DNA of 64,000 nt from positions 7,083 to 71,082 of the IMG/VR virus record IMGVR_UViG_3300031344_000007; one strand, given 5' to 3'. The translations under genes and the position numbers were made by a program. The DNA comes from a virus. The notes below the pieces were generated by a model. It did no database searches and was not told where the DNA came from. It saw nothing but the letters and a program-made list of their open reading frames with translations. Of this stretch, positions 1 through 9,198 are shown one piece after another (the stretch's first letter is position 1; each line of letters begins with the position of its first letter).

Positions 1-170
1 TTATAAATGTATTGAAAAACATTTATAAATACAAGCGTATATGAGTTTTTATTTAGATTTTATTAATTATTTTTTTAAATTTTTTAATGATTTAGTACTG
101 AAACTTTTAACAAAAAAAGGGAGCAAATTTGCCCCCAAATAAAACGAAATTAGATACAAAAAAACAGAAA

Positions 171-980
171 TTATTTATTGTCTTTAGTAACTATTAAAGT
201 ATTGGTTGATGTTACTGAATTTCCATCTGCAGTGCTGAATAAACTCAAATTCCCACTATCTTTAACATCTTTTTTATTTTCATCATCAGTAGTAATTAAA
301 GATTTTGACAATTTTTGAAAATTACCATCTGTTGTGTTCATACTTCTATATGATACTGATGCATTATTCAATGTATTTGACATACTAACTACTCCATCAG
401 TTGTTGCCATATAAGTAAAAGTATTTCCAGCACTTACACCAAATGATTGACCAACAGAAAATGCATCTTGATTTGCAGCCAAATAAATAATATTCCAATT
501 ATCATTCTCGCATTCTTTTATAAGTTTTTTAATATCATCAAGTTTATATTCATGACTAGCATTTTCCTCACCATCAGTTACAATACAAACCAAAACTTTC
601 GAAGGTTTTTCATTGCCAAGACGTGCATGTATACTTTTAACATTATTAATTGTTTTACCTATTGCATCATAAAGAGCAGTCATTCCTCTTGGAATCCAGA
701 TTTCACTTGTGAGTTCTTCTGCTTTCTTTATATCAATATTGTCATAAAGTAAATTGTATTCATTATCAAATAATACAACAGTTATTGTTGCTTCATCTTT
801 TAATTCTTTTTGCTTTCTTAAAAAAGTATTAAATCCACCAATACTATCAGATATAATACTTGACATTGAACCACTTCGGTCAAGTATACAGATAATTTGA
901 GTTTTTTCGTTTGTAGGAACGTCAACAATTTCTTCAGTGACGGTGGTTGTAGTTGTTTTTTTAATTTTTTTGTTTGCCAT
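171..980 (-). CDS. von Willebrand factor A (vWA) domain protein
   Basis: MIDAS motif ILDRSGSM, plus RGMTALYDAIG and IVTDGEEN. Confidence 0.85.
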   Translation of the reverse strand: MANKKIKKTTTTTVTEEIVDVPTNEKTQIICILDRSGSMSSIISDSIGGFNTFLRKQKELKDEATITVVLFDNEYNLLYDNIDIKKAEELTSEIWIPRGMTALYDAIGKTINNVKSIHARLGNEKPSKVLVCIVTDGEENASHEYKLDDIKKLIKECENDNWNIIYLAANQDAFSVGQSFGVSAGNTFTYMATTDGVVSMSNTLNNASVSYRSMNTTDGNFQKLSKSLITTDDENKKDVKDSGNLSLFSTADGNSVTSTNTLIVTKDNK

Positions 981-1104
981 TTTTCATATTACTTAAGCAT
1001 AAAATTATTTTATCCCAAATATAACATCTTTTTATCAAAAATGCAAGTTATTTTTATTTAATCCAAATAAAAATAATAAGTATGGGAATATAAATACATT
1101 AAAT

Positions 1105-1137
1105 AAAAAAACCTGCTAGTTAATTCTAACAGGTTTT
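1105..1137 (-). terminator. Rho-independent terminator ending tRNA operon 1
   Basis: Minus strand AAAACCTGTTAG-AATTAA-CTAGCAGGTTTTTTT, just downstream of tRNA-Lys(CTT). Confidence 0.75.
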
Positions 1138-1145
1138 AAATTACG

Positions 1146-1218
1146 TACCTTTGATGGGACTTGAACCCACAACCCGATGATTAAGAATCACCTACTCTAC
1201 CAATTGAGCCACAAAGGT
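1146..1218 (-). tRNA. tRNA-Lys(CTT)
   Basis: Acceptor ACCTTTG/CAAAGGT, anticodon arm GGTGA-TT CTT AA-TCATC, T arm GTGGG-TTCAAGT-CCCAT. Confidence 0.93.
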
Positions 1219-1845
1219 ATTTTCATATTCTTTTTTTAATTTATGACATCTACAATAATTTCCACCCTTTGCTGCCAATCCAACAGAAATTAATGCTTGC
1301 CTCATATTAAAATTATAATCAATTAATGCCATTAATAACTCTTCATCATTTATTTTACGTTTATTATTTTGTTTGTTTCTTCCTCTCCATGTTGGGGTTA
1401 ATGAATGACAATTGGGACATAATGCTTCAAGATTTTCTCTTTTATTATTTTGATGATTACCATCAATATGTTCTAATTCTAATGTTATTTTTTCATCAAG
1501 CCATTTAGATAATTTACATTTATTACATTGTTCGTTTTGTTCTAAAATAACTTTATTTCTTTTACTATCAACCCCCAAATCATTAAAATTTGTATTAAAT
1601 AATTTATTTTTCCAATATTCTTTTCTTTTTTCATTAATTTCTTTCCATTTTTCTTTTGAAAAATTATTAAATCTATTAATTCCAGTAGGTTTTCCTTTTA
1701 ATTTGTTACTTAATTTTTCATTAATTTCTTTTCTTTTTTCTTTGGTGCTAAAACTTCTTGCACATTTTGATGAACAAAAATTACCGTTACTATATTTACT
1801 ATATTTAATAGCATCTTTACTTTGACAATTTTTACATTTTTTCAT
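1192..1845 (-). CDS. HNH homing endonuclease
   Basis: CNKC...LELEHIDGNHQNNKRENLEALCPNCHS HNH motif, N-terminal Cys clusters. Stop codon lies inside tRNA-Lys(CTT). Confidence 0.88.
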   Translation of the reverse strand: MKKCKNCQSKDAIKYSKYSNGNFCSSKCARSFSTKEKRKEINEKLSNKLKGKPTGINRFNNFSKEKWKEINEKRKEYWKNKLFNTNFNDLGVDSKRNKVILEQNEQCNKCKLSKWLDEKITLELEHIDGNHQNNKRENLEALCPNCHSLTPTWRGRNKQNNKRKINDEELLMALIDYNFNMRQALISVGLAAKGGNYCRCHKLKKEYENTFVAQLVE

Positions 1846-1892
1846 TTCGAACTATTTTAATATAAATACATAATAAATTAAAATAGTTCGAA
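1846..1892 (-). promoter_or_regulatory. Perfect 16-bp inverted repeat over the HNH translation-initiation region, with a late-promoter-like GTATTTATA at the loop
   Basis: ttcgaactattttaat (1846-1861) / attaaaatagttcgaa (1877-1892); tataaatac at 1861-1869. Confidence 0.75.
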
Positions 1893-1897
1893 TTTTG

Positions 1898-1970
1898 TCT
1901 CCCCGCTTGGAATCGAACCAAGCCCTTCGGTTTAAAAGACCGAAGCAATACACCTGTTTGCTACGAGGAG
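1898..1970 (-). tRNA. tRNA-Lys(TTT)
   Basis: Acceptor CTCCTCG/CGGGGAG, anticodon arm TCGGT-CT TTT AA-ACCGA, T loop TTCGATT. Confidence 0.92.
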
Positions 1971-1981
1971 AAATTATAAAG

Positions 1982-2066
1982 TGAGAGTGGTAGGATTCGA
2001 ACCTACTGAGTATCATAGTGCGGGATTTACAGTCCCGTGCCCATCCACCATCTGAGCAGCACTCCC
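1982..2066 (-). tRNA. tRNA-Tyr(GTA)
   Basis: Acceptor GGGAGTG/CACTCTC, anticodon arm CGGGA-CT GTA AA-TCCCG, long variable region, T arm GTAGG-TTCGAAT-CCTAC. Confidence 0.93.
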
Positions 2067-2084
2067 ATGACATATATTAAAAGC

Positions 2085-2113
2085 AAAAAACCCGAAACTT
2101 TCGAATCGGGTTT
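2085..2113 (-). terminator. Attenuator terminator of tRNA operon 1
   Basis: AAACCCGA-TTCGAAAGTT-TCGGGTTTTTT. Its 5' arm CCCGATTC is complementary to GAATCGGG in the leader ORF. Confidence 0.85.
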
Positions 2114-2137
2114 ATGTTATTTATACTTTGTAATTTA

Positions 2138-2230
2138 TTAGCATTGTATTTTGAACACAGCATTCCCGATTCTCATAAGTTGTTTCTTATAAGATTTTTT
2201 ACCGTAATAATATGTTCCAAATGTAAACAT
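2138..2230 (-). CDS. Leader peptide 1 (MFTFGTYYYGKKSYKKQLMRIGNAVFKIQC)
   Basis: 30-codon ORF read from the sequence, between a TACATTTG promoter and the terminator. Tyr/Lys codon cluster. Confidence 0.8.
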   Translation of the reverse strand: MFTFGTYYYGKKSYKKQLMRIGNAVFKIQC

Positions 2231-2266
2231 TGCTTTATTTTTTATTTTAATTATTAATTTCTTTTG

Positions 2267-2274
2267 CAAATGTA
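2267..2274 (-). promoter_or_regulatory. Bacteroidota-type -7 promoter element TACATTTG
   Basis: Matches TAnnTTTG, 36 nt upstream of leader 1. Confidence 0.65.
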
Positions 2275-2341
2275 TATCATAAATACGAATAAAACAAATA
2301 AATGTTACAAAAAATTAAATTATTTTAAATTAATGTGTGAT

Positions 2342-3610
2342 TTATGAAATTTGTATTGCTTCTCTCATTATTTTAATTTCTTGTTGTTTAATATAATTAC
2401 CTAAATTAGAAGCAAATATCCAACCCGACCTTTCAAATGGAGTTTTACCACCGTTATAAATAAAATGAATTTTAAATTTTAGTTTTTTATTATCTTCTTC
2501 ATTTTCGTCATATTTAAATTCGGTGATATTAATTGTTTTATCTTGTTGTTTATATGTAGCAATTATTCCTTTCTTATTAACAGGTGTAAATTTATATTTA
2601 GAAATATATTCTTGTAATTCTGTATATCCTTTAACAAGTCCATAATAATCACTATCAGGGTCATCAAATCCATTAATAATATCAACTAATTTATCATCAA
2701 TTGCTTGATTAAGTTCAGTTAAATCCATATTATTATATGCCGTTTCATAAATATTTTCATAATTAATATCATTTTTCGTTCCCAAATTATCTAAAAATTG
2801 GTCAAAAGTTGAAATGTTTTTAAAATTATTTTTATATATAAAAGGTAATAATTTATCAATCATAAATTCAGTTTCATCATTATTAATTTTCAATGGAAAT
2901 GTTTCTAATTGTTCTTCTGCTGCAGTTATATTGGCATTGTCAAATGCTTCACCATATTCAGATAAATAAATTTCATTAATTATATTTAATTTATGCTCAT
3001 CTAAAAAATCTGAGAGATTACCTTCTTTCTGAAATCCAGATATTGTTTCATCATCTGCTCCCATCATTTTAGCAATTTCATTTATTTTTGACATATTATT
3101 ATTAGATAATGTACGTTGCATATATAATAACTTATCAGAATCTGCATATCCATTACCATAATATCCACCAGCAGTTGAGGTAACATTTTCGTAATTATCA
3201 CCTAAATTAAGTATGTTAATAACATTATCTTTATCTACTTTAATTGTAAAATAATCATTTTGAAAATAAATTCCTCTTCCATTTTCTTTATAAAAATTAC
3301 TATTTGTAATAAAATTTTCTAATTCTTTAAAATTATCGCCATGTTCATAATTTAGAAGTATTTTTAAAAATCCGGTACTTTCTTTATTATATGCATCCAG
3401 TATTGGTGTGATATATTGTTGAACTTTAGGATTTGTAGTATAAATTTCATAAACATCACCAATACTTAATTTACTAAAATCCATAATTTTATTTTCCAAT
3501 GCATATTTACTATATTCATACGGTAAATATTTATATCTTAGCTTATGGCTTGCAGCTATTGCCCTTTTACGATAATATGTGTCAATTAGTGACTTTTGTG
3601 CTTTATCCAT
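2342..3610 (-). CDS. Hypothetical protein
   Basis: 422-aa ORF, no recognised motif. Confidence 0.6.
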   Translation of the reverse strand: MDKAQKSLIDTYYRKRAIAASHKLRYKYLPYEYSKYALENKIMDFSKLSIGDVYEIYTTNPKVQQYITPILDAYNKESTGFLKILLNYEHGDNFKELENFITNSNFYKENGRGIYFQNDYFTIKVDKDNVINILNLGDNYENVTSTAGGYYGNGYADSDKLLYMQRTLSNNNMSKINEIAKMMGADDETISGFQKEGNLSDFLDEHKLNIINEIYLSEYGEAFDNANITAAEEQLETFPLKINNDETEFMIDKLLPFIYKNNFKNISTFDQFLDNLGTKNDINYENIYETAYNNMDLTELNQAIDDKLVDIINGFDDPDSDYYGLVKGYTELQEYISKYKFTPVNKKGIIATYKQQDKTINITEFKYDENEEDNKKLKFKIHFIYNGGKTPFERSGWIFASNLGNYIKQQEIKIMREAIQIS

Positions 3611-3619
3611 AAAAAAATA

Positions 3620-4669
3620 TTAAACCTCTTCATTTATTAATACATTAAATTGTTTTTCTGGTATTGGTTGTCCAGTATCAAGATATTGATGAAGTAAATG
3701 AAATCCACCCTTATCATTTTTATATTGCCATAAATATTCAAATTGTTCATCACCAAGTAATTGTCCACGTCCAATATATTTTGATTTTTCTTCAAATGTA
3801 AGTTTTTTGAACCAATCTAAATTATGATTTTTTGTACCCAAATTTGCTGTTTCTTTTTCTTCTTCAGGTGTTTTTGGTTTATTAACAAATAATTTATTTA
3901 TTGGAACACCTTTAGTTTTTAAATATCTTAAATAAGCATTAGTATTGTTTGCATATTTTGCAATATTACCAGTACTATTACTAGCATCAGTTAATTCAAT
4001 TCCTCTATCAGTAGCATCAACAACAACAATATGTAACGGATTACTTAAATCATAATTACCATCAATAACATAATAAAATGTACTTGTTTTAGTATCTCGA
4101 TAACTTTGCCACATGGTATTTGCTGGTTGCCCAATACAAAAACCATAATGTTGTCCTGTAAGTGCACCAGTAGTATAATGAATACATTTACCAACATCAT
4201 TACCATCATAAATTTTAATATTATTACCTTCCCATATTGGTGGTTCATTAGTATCTACATTAATTTTACCTTTCCATTGTTCATGACCTTTAGACATAAA
4301 TTCTAAACCATGAATAAATTCAGCAAACTTTAAATAATTTGAAAAAGTTTTATTATTGATGATATATCTTGTATCTGATATTTGTGGTGTGGTAATTTTA
4401 TTTGTATTAAGTAATTCAGATATTGTTGTAAATAAATGTAGCATATCATTTAATCCTCTATCACCAACTTCAAGATATGCTTTAGACATGATTGGAATAA
4501 GCACTTGATTTTTTGACCTATCAATACCTCGAAATTTAATTATTAAATTATTAATGTTATTATCTGCAATTCCACCTTTTTTTAATATAGCAATTGCTTG
4601 TTGTTCTGTTTGCTTAGATTCCGTTAAATAATTTTTAACTTCTTCTCGTATGATTTCAATTATATTCAT
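3620..4669 (-). CDS. Hypothetical (probably late/virion) protein
   Basis: 349-aa ORF preceded by GTATTTATA (4704-4712); N-terminal IIREEVKNYLTE motif. Confidence 0.6.
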   Translation of the reverse strand: MNIIEIIREEVKNYLTESKQTEQQAIAILKKGGIADNNINNLIIKFRGIDRSKNQVLIPIMSKAYLEVGDRGLNDMLHLFTTISELLNTNKITTPQISDTRYIINNKTFSNYLKFAEFIHGLEFMSKGHEQWKGKINVDTNEPPIWEGNNIKIYDGNDVGKCIHYTTGALTGQHYGFCIGQPANTMWQSYRDTKTSTFYYVIDGNYDLSNPLHIVVVDATDRGIELTDASNSTGNIAKYANNTNAYLRYLKTKGVPINKLFVNKPKTPEEEKETANLGTKNHNLDWFKKLTFEEKSKYIGRGQLLGDEQFEYLWQYKNDKGGFHLLHQYLDTGQPIPEKQFNVLINEEV

Positions 4670-4712
4670 GATTATATAATTAATCTATTTAATAACATTT
4701 TTTTATAAATAC

Positions 4713-4741
4713 AAAAAAAGCGAAGAAAATTCTTCGCTTTT
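4713..4741 (-). terminator. Rho-independent terminator
   Basis: AAAAGCGAAGAA-TT-TTCTTCGCTTTTTTT downstream of the RNA ligase. Confidence 0.75.
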
Positions 4742-4766
4742 AAATACTATGACAATATAAAATGAA

Positions 4767-5861
4767 TTAATTATTTTCCAAACTATTTTCTGTATTTCGA
4801 GAAAACGGTTTCGAAAATACTGGTCGTATTTGCTTCCATATAATATTATTATAATTTTTTTTATCATATAATTGAAATAATATTGAGCGATATTCTGATT
4901 TTATTGATTCCATAGCAAATGCTTTACGGTCAGTAATTCCATTAACATGGTAAATTCTTACAAATTCTTTTAATGATTTTCTTTCGATTTCATTGAAATT
5001 CAATTGTAATTCTTTAATTGTTTTATTCAACCAACCCAAAAATTCATCAGGAACTTTATCAAGTAAAGCATCAAAATCATAATTATTCATCAAATGTTCC
5101 CAAACAGTTAGATTTGAAACATTAGTTAAAATACCATGTAATCTAACATATTCTGCAAATTTAACTTTTACTCTGAATCCATCTTTGAATTTCACAACGA
5201 ATCCTTCTCGGTTTTCTTCTTCAAGTTTTTGTAAATCTTTAAGATTTTTAATATTATTTATATTGTATTTCTTAACGATTGTAAAATACTTTGAATAAGT
5301 AGATACAATATCGTCATAGCATATTTCATCACCAGTTTTTGTATTAATTATGGTAAGTAATACAAGTTCTCTTCTATCACCATAATCAACAACAATGCGG
5401 TTTTCAGGTGCTAAGTATTCTAAAACATACGTAAAATTCTTATTTAAATTATCATAAACAGAATTATTAATTAATTTTTTTGCCTCAATTGCTTGTTCAG
5501 AAATAAATGAACCTCTACTAGCTACAATCCACTCCATACGTGGAATATAATAAAAAATTTCTATATAACTACCATCAATTTTTTCCAATATCTCAAATTC
5601 TTGTGACATATCAATTTCTGAAGGGTCATGTTCTTCATAGTTCTTGAATTTTTTTATACACCTAGCTAAAATATTACCTTCTGCATCAATAACCAATCCT
5701 CTACAAGAACTGGTATATAAATCCCAAAATTTTTTGAATTGAACTTTAGGTGAATAATTTAATATCCAAATCTCATATTCTGGATGTTTATTTGCAATTA
5801 TGAGATTGTTGTCAACATAACTTTTTAATACATTCCAATCAATTTTTTCTAATATTTCCAT
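4767..5861 (-). CDS. T4 Rnl1 (RnlA)-like RNA ligase
   Basis: CRGLVID, KFKN, motif I EKIDGS, ASRGSF, ENRIVVDY, motif IV EGFVV, RVKVK. Confidence 0.88.
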   Translation of the reverse strand: MEILEKIDWNVLKSYVDNNLIIANKHPEYEIWILNYSPKVQFKKFWDLYTSSCRGLVIDAEGNILARCIKKFKNYEEHDPSEIDMSQEFEILEKIDGSYIEIFYYIPRMEWIVASRGSFISEQAIEAKKLINNSVYDNLNKNFTYVLEYLAPENRIVVDYGDRRELVLLTIINTKTGDEICYDDIVSTYSKYFTIVKKYNINNIKNLKDLQKLEEENREGFVVKFKDGFRVKVKFAEYVRLHGILTNVSNLTVWEHLMNNYDFDALLDKVPDEFLGWLNKTIKELQLNFNEIERKSLKEFVRIYHVNGITDRKAFAMESIKSEYRSILFQLYDKKNYNNIIWKQIRPVFSKPFSRNTENSLENN

Positions 5862-5862
5862 A

Positions 5863-6732
5863 TTAATTTCCTCTTTCTTTTGGATATTGAAAGATTTTGT
5901 TTCTTTCTATAAATATTTTTCTCAATTTTTTTGTTTCAGTATTATTCATACCTAATACATATGCATATTTATGTTTAGGTTTCATTTCTCTACTTTCACA
6001 AGATAATAAATATTCTTTTGAAAGTTTTCTTATTTGTAATGCAATTTCTTCTGGCATTTTATCAAACATTACACTATCACCATTTTGCCATTCGTCATGC
6101 CAAATGATTTCATTTTCTTTTGCAAGTCTTTTATAGACTGACCTCGCTCGAAAATATCTATCAGATACCCATCTTCCAGTTTCAATTTTATATTGATTTT
6201 TTGCACCAGATTTTTTACCTAAATAATAAAAATTACATGCTTGATAAATTGTACCTAATTCTTTTGCTTCAACATCTGAATAAGCAACAAATAAACGATA
6301 TTGTGTATTTTTTACCATCCAATTAATTGTAAACATAATTAAAGAACTTCCTAAATTTTTTGGTGACCAACTGATACAAGCACCTCTACTTATTAATCTT
6401 TCAATTTTTTTTGTATCTTCTCCTAATAATTTTGAAAATACACTTGGCATATCAATAATTACTACACCAGCCAAAATTCCTTTATATCTTGCTGTAAATA
6501 TGTGTGTTGGGTATAAACTTACTCTTTGCAACCATTCATGTCTTTCAATAAATTTTTTAATTTCATCAAAACATGTTTTCTTATCTTCATTCTGAAAAAC
6601 AAAATCACCAACTTTTAATTTTTTTGCTTCATCAATAGTTATATTCGCTTGCTTTAAATCATTGGTCAAATTATTTAACCTGATATCATATTGCCAACAA
6701 TGTTGTTGATTATAATTATTAATCATTTCCAA
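5863..6732 (-). CDS. Mom-like (GNAT-fold) DNA-modification acyltransferase
   Basis: LISRGAC..PKNLGSSLI, VAYSD...GTIYQACNFYYLG, typical of the Mu Mom family. Confidence 0.7.
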   Translation of the reverse strand: MEMINNYNQQHCWQYDIRLNNLTNDLKQANITIDEAKKLKVGDFVFQNEDKKTCFDEIKKFIERHEWLQRVSLYPTHIFTARYKGILAGVVIIDMPSVFSKLLGEDTKKIERLISRGACISWSPKNLGSSLIMFTINWMVKNTQYRLFVAYSDVEAKELGTIYQACNFYYLGKKSGAKNQYKIETGRWVSDRYFRARSVYKRLAKENEIIWHDEWQNGDSVMFDKMPEEIALQIRKLSKEYLLSCESREMKPKHKYAYVLGMNNTETKKLRKIFIERNKIFQYPKERGN

Positions 6733-7024
6733 TAATTTTAATTTTTTTTGCTAAAAACCATTTACCACCTTGATGTATTGGTCTATTAAATTCTGAATAT
6801 TCTTTCATTTCAACTTTAAGCCAAATTCTATTTTTATTACTTAAATGCGGTGCTTCTGGTTTTTCAGTACAATGCCAAAATGGTCGTACTTTATATCCTT
6901 TAGTCGGATAACAATTTGCTTCTAGCCATGCATTTCTTTTTAATTGTTCCGATTTATTAATAAAAAGTGATGTTATTTCACCAGATTTTAATTCTCTAAA
7001 TAATTTATACGCAATTTTTGACAT
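6719..7024 (-). CDS. Hypothetical protein
   Basis: 101-aa ORF (AYKLFR...WHC..KPEAPHL), TATATTTG promoter upstream. Confidence 0.6.
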   Translation of the reverse strand: MSKIAYKLFRELKSGEITSLFINKSEQLKRNAWLEANCYPTKGYKVRPFWHCTEKPEAPHLSNKNRIWLKVEMKEYSEFNRPIHQGGKWFLAKKIKIIGND

Positions 7025-7103
7025 AATGTTACAAATTTATTTGTTTTTAATATATGCAAATATATAAAAAAATTAAAGAATCACAGAGTATTTATATAAA
7101 ATT

Positions 7104-7550
7104 ATGTTTATGGGTGGTTTAAATATTAATAACTTCATTAAAAAAGAGGTGCAAAATTTTCTAAATGAAGCATCAGTTGTAAAAGATAATAGATTTCATT
7201 TCAATCAAAGATTAAATAATTCTTCATTTTCTAATTATGATACATTTACTTCAGAATTTGATGCAAATATTATTGAAAGTGACATTGTTATAACATGGAT
7301 AGTTTTATTTTGGTTAAATGATATGGGAATTGAAAATTTTGTAATAGAAGTGGAAAAAGCAGAAGGAACATTTACAATTGAAATGCGTGATAAACATAGT
7401 GATGAAATAAAACAAAATACACCAAAAAATATTAATGACTTTAATTGGAAATTTGTTATTGATGATGCTGTTTTACAAAAAAGCGGTTCGTTATATATTT
7501 CAGGATTAGAATTTGATTTTAAATCACAAATTTGTAAATTAAAATTTTAA
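7104..7550 (+). CDS. Hypothetical late protein
   Basis: 148-aa ORF, GTATTTATA at 7088; N-terminal FIKKEVQNFLNE motif. Confidence 0.6.
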   Translation: MFMGGLNINNFIKKEVQNFLNEASVVKDNRFHFNQRLNNSSFSNYDTFTSEFDANIIESDIVITWIVLFWLNDMGIENFVIEVEKAEGTFTIEMRDKHSDEIKQNTPKNINDFNWKFVIDDAVLQKSGSLYISGLEFDFKSQICKLKF

Positions 7551-7569
7551 ATAAAAAAATATAATTATT

Positions 7570-7821
7570 ATGAAAAAAATTTGGGAAGAAATTAAAGCAT
7601 GGTTCATTACAAAATGGACCGCATTAAAAGCATGGTTCATTGCAAAACCATTGGCTTGGATTAAAAAAAATTGGTTTATGATTGTCAATTACATAGTAAT
7701 AGTATTGGCATACAATAATATTTATGGTAAAACTAATGCCGAATTTGCTGAAGTTTTATTAGGACTTTGGATATTTACATCTGTTGCATATGCTGGATGG
7801 AAACTGTTTATAAAAAAATAA
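7570..7821 (+). CDS. Small membrane protein (two TM segments)
   Basis: Amphipathic Trp/Lys-rich N-terminus plus two hydrophobic stretches. Confidence 0.6.
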   Translation: MKKIWEEIKAWFITKWTALKAWFIAKPLAWIKKNWFMIVNYIVIVLAYNNIYGKTNAEFAEVLLGLWIFTSVAYAGWKLFIKK

Positions 7822-7865
7822 ACATGTTGGAATTCTAAATCTGTTATTGATAATGTTTTTATTCG

Positions 7866-7936
7866 TAGCGATAATAAGAATCGAACTTATATGTCCTCCT
7901 TATGAGAGAGTTATCCTACCATTGAATGATATCGCT
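7866..7936 (-). tRNA. tRNA with CAT anticodon (Met, or lysidine-Ile)
   Basis: Acceptor AGCGATA/TATCGCT, loop CT CAT AA, T arm ATAAG-TTCGATT-CTTAT. Confidence 0.82.
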
Positions 7937-7939
7937 ATA

Positions 7940-8269
7940 TTATGTTGAGAATTTAATCTCAACATAAGTTCTTTTGTGTCCAATTCTATGTTCTTCAACA
8001 ATTTTAATTGGTTTTCGCATCCATTGTTTTTTATTTTTAGAAACCAATTTCCAGTTTGGAAATCTTGTATTAGTTCCTTTTCTTTTACCATGACAAGTTT
8101 CCATATCATCGTAAATAATTCCGCCATACCATTTTTTATCATTGTTTTCATTTTGATGATAACCACAGTATGAACAATGAATTTTTCCTGTTTGTTCAAG
8201 ATGCAATTTATATGCACGATTGAATTCACCACGATTTGTGGTTGTTTTAACTAAATTTTTACTTCCCAT
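7940..8269 (-). CDS. Basic hypothetical protein with CxxCxxH
   Basis: 109-aa ORF, IHCSYCGYH, preceded by a uORF and hairpin. Confidence 0.65.
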   Translation of the reverse strand: MGSKNLVKTTTNRGEFNRAYKLHLEQTGKIHCSYCGYHQNENNDKKWYGGIIYDDMETCHGKRKGTNTRFPNWKLVSKNKKQWMRKPIKIVEEHRIGHKRTYVEIKFST

Positions 8270-8292
8270 TTTTCTTGTTACGCTTTAGTGCG

Positions 8293-8319
8293 TTACAAGA
8301 ATTCAAAATTTTTTTTCAT
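8293..8319 (-). CDS. Putative uORF MKKNFEFL
   Basis: Its stop codon lies in the 5' arm of hairpin TTCTTGTAACGC-ACTAAA-GCGTAACAAGAA, which abuts the next ATG. Confidence 0.45.
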   Translation of the reverse strand: MKKNFEFL

Positions 8320-8490
8320 AATTTTATATTTTTGAGATTATATCTTTATGTTCTTTTAATGACCATTCAATACTTTTAAATGTTAATTCCATTATTTCAG
8401 GATTAGCTAAATCAATTTCAGATTCATCAATTTCATCTTCATAATTTTTGAATCTTATTTTACTATTTTTTCTTAATCCAAAATTCATTG

Positions 8491-8979
8491 TTATTCGCTT
8501 TTAATTATTACTGATTTAGTATATTTTTTATCATTCCATTCATCATGCCAACGATTATTAAATTGGTCAAATGTAAATAATTTAATTCCACCAATATATG
8601 GGTCATAAATAAATACTCGAAAATCATCGAAACCAAATACAATACAGTAATGTCCATGACTCCAAGTATTTTTCCAAGATTTTCTATATTCTTTTCTTGC
8701 TTGTAAAAGAACAATTACTGGTTTTTTATTGTTTATTTGATTTTTTAAATATCTTATATTTTTATGTTCTTCTAATTTGGTTTCTAAACCAAATTTTTTT
8801 AGTAAAGTAACTAATTTTTCTGGACATAATCCATCAATTGGTGAAATCTTTGATATCTTTAAAAGTGTATTATAATCAACTTTTATTTTAGAATGTTTTA
8901 AGTGTGACCATGCTACTGCAAGACTACAATCAAAATCATAATTCTGTTCACGCATGGGAATTTGTAATATCATGTACAT
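8491..8979 (-). CDS. Peptidase C39-like cysteine protease
   Basis: Q..DFDCSLA, KPVIV, HGHYCIVFGFD, IYDP. Start trimmed to MYMIL because the longer ORF runs through the tRNA. Confidence 0.8.
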   Translation of the reverse strand: MYMILQIPMREQNYDFDCSLAVAWSHLKHSKIKVDYNTLLKISKISPIDGLCPEKLVTLLKKFGLETKLEEHKNIRYLKNQINNKKPVIVLLQARKEYRKSWKNTWSHGHYCIVFGFDDFRVFIYDPYIGGIKLFTFDQFNNRWHDEWNDKKYTKSVIIKSE

Positions 8980-8997
8980 AAAATTTCCCTCTATTTG

Positions 8998-9080
8998 TTT
9001 CCTTGGTGGGAGTCGAACCCACACGCCCGAAGGCACTCGCTTTTGGGGAGAGCATGTGCTGCCAATTTCATCACAAGGAA
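8998..9080 (-). tRNA. tRNA-Leu(CAA), with C33 and an anticodon-stem mismatch
   Basis: Acceptor TTCCTTG/CAAGGAA, loop CC CAA AA, variable arm GCC-TTCG-GGC. Confidence 0.8.
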
Positions 9081-9081
9081 A

Positions 9082-9198
9082 TTATACTTTTTTCTTTATA
9101 ATTCGTCTATAGTTTATTTTTTTCCTTTCAGTTATTTTAACCGATTTTCCACATCCACAATCATCTTCTTTTTGAAGTGGTTTTCTAATATTTGTCAT
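9082..9198 (-). CDS. 38-aa basic peptide (MTNIRKPLQKEDDCGCGKSVKITERKKINYRRIIKKKV)
   Basis: Below the ORF-track cut-off; has its own GTATTTATA motif at 9207-9215. Confidence 0.5.
   Translation of the reverse strand: MTNIRKPLQKEDDCGCGKSVKITERKKINYRRIIKKKV

Noticed and set aside
1852-2073. 73-aa ORF over the Tyr/Lys tRNAs (likewise 10589-10789, 10611-10946, 15216-15518, 15367-15549, 8995-9234)
   Set aside because: Shadow ORFs caused by GC-rich tRNA and attenuator sequence
8324-8489. Possible small acidic ORF upstream of the uORF
   Set aside because: The ATG frame stops after 10 codons and the acidic frame lacks a start; at best a remnant
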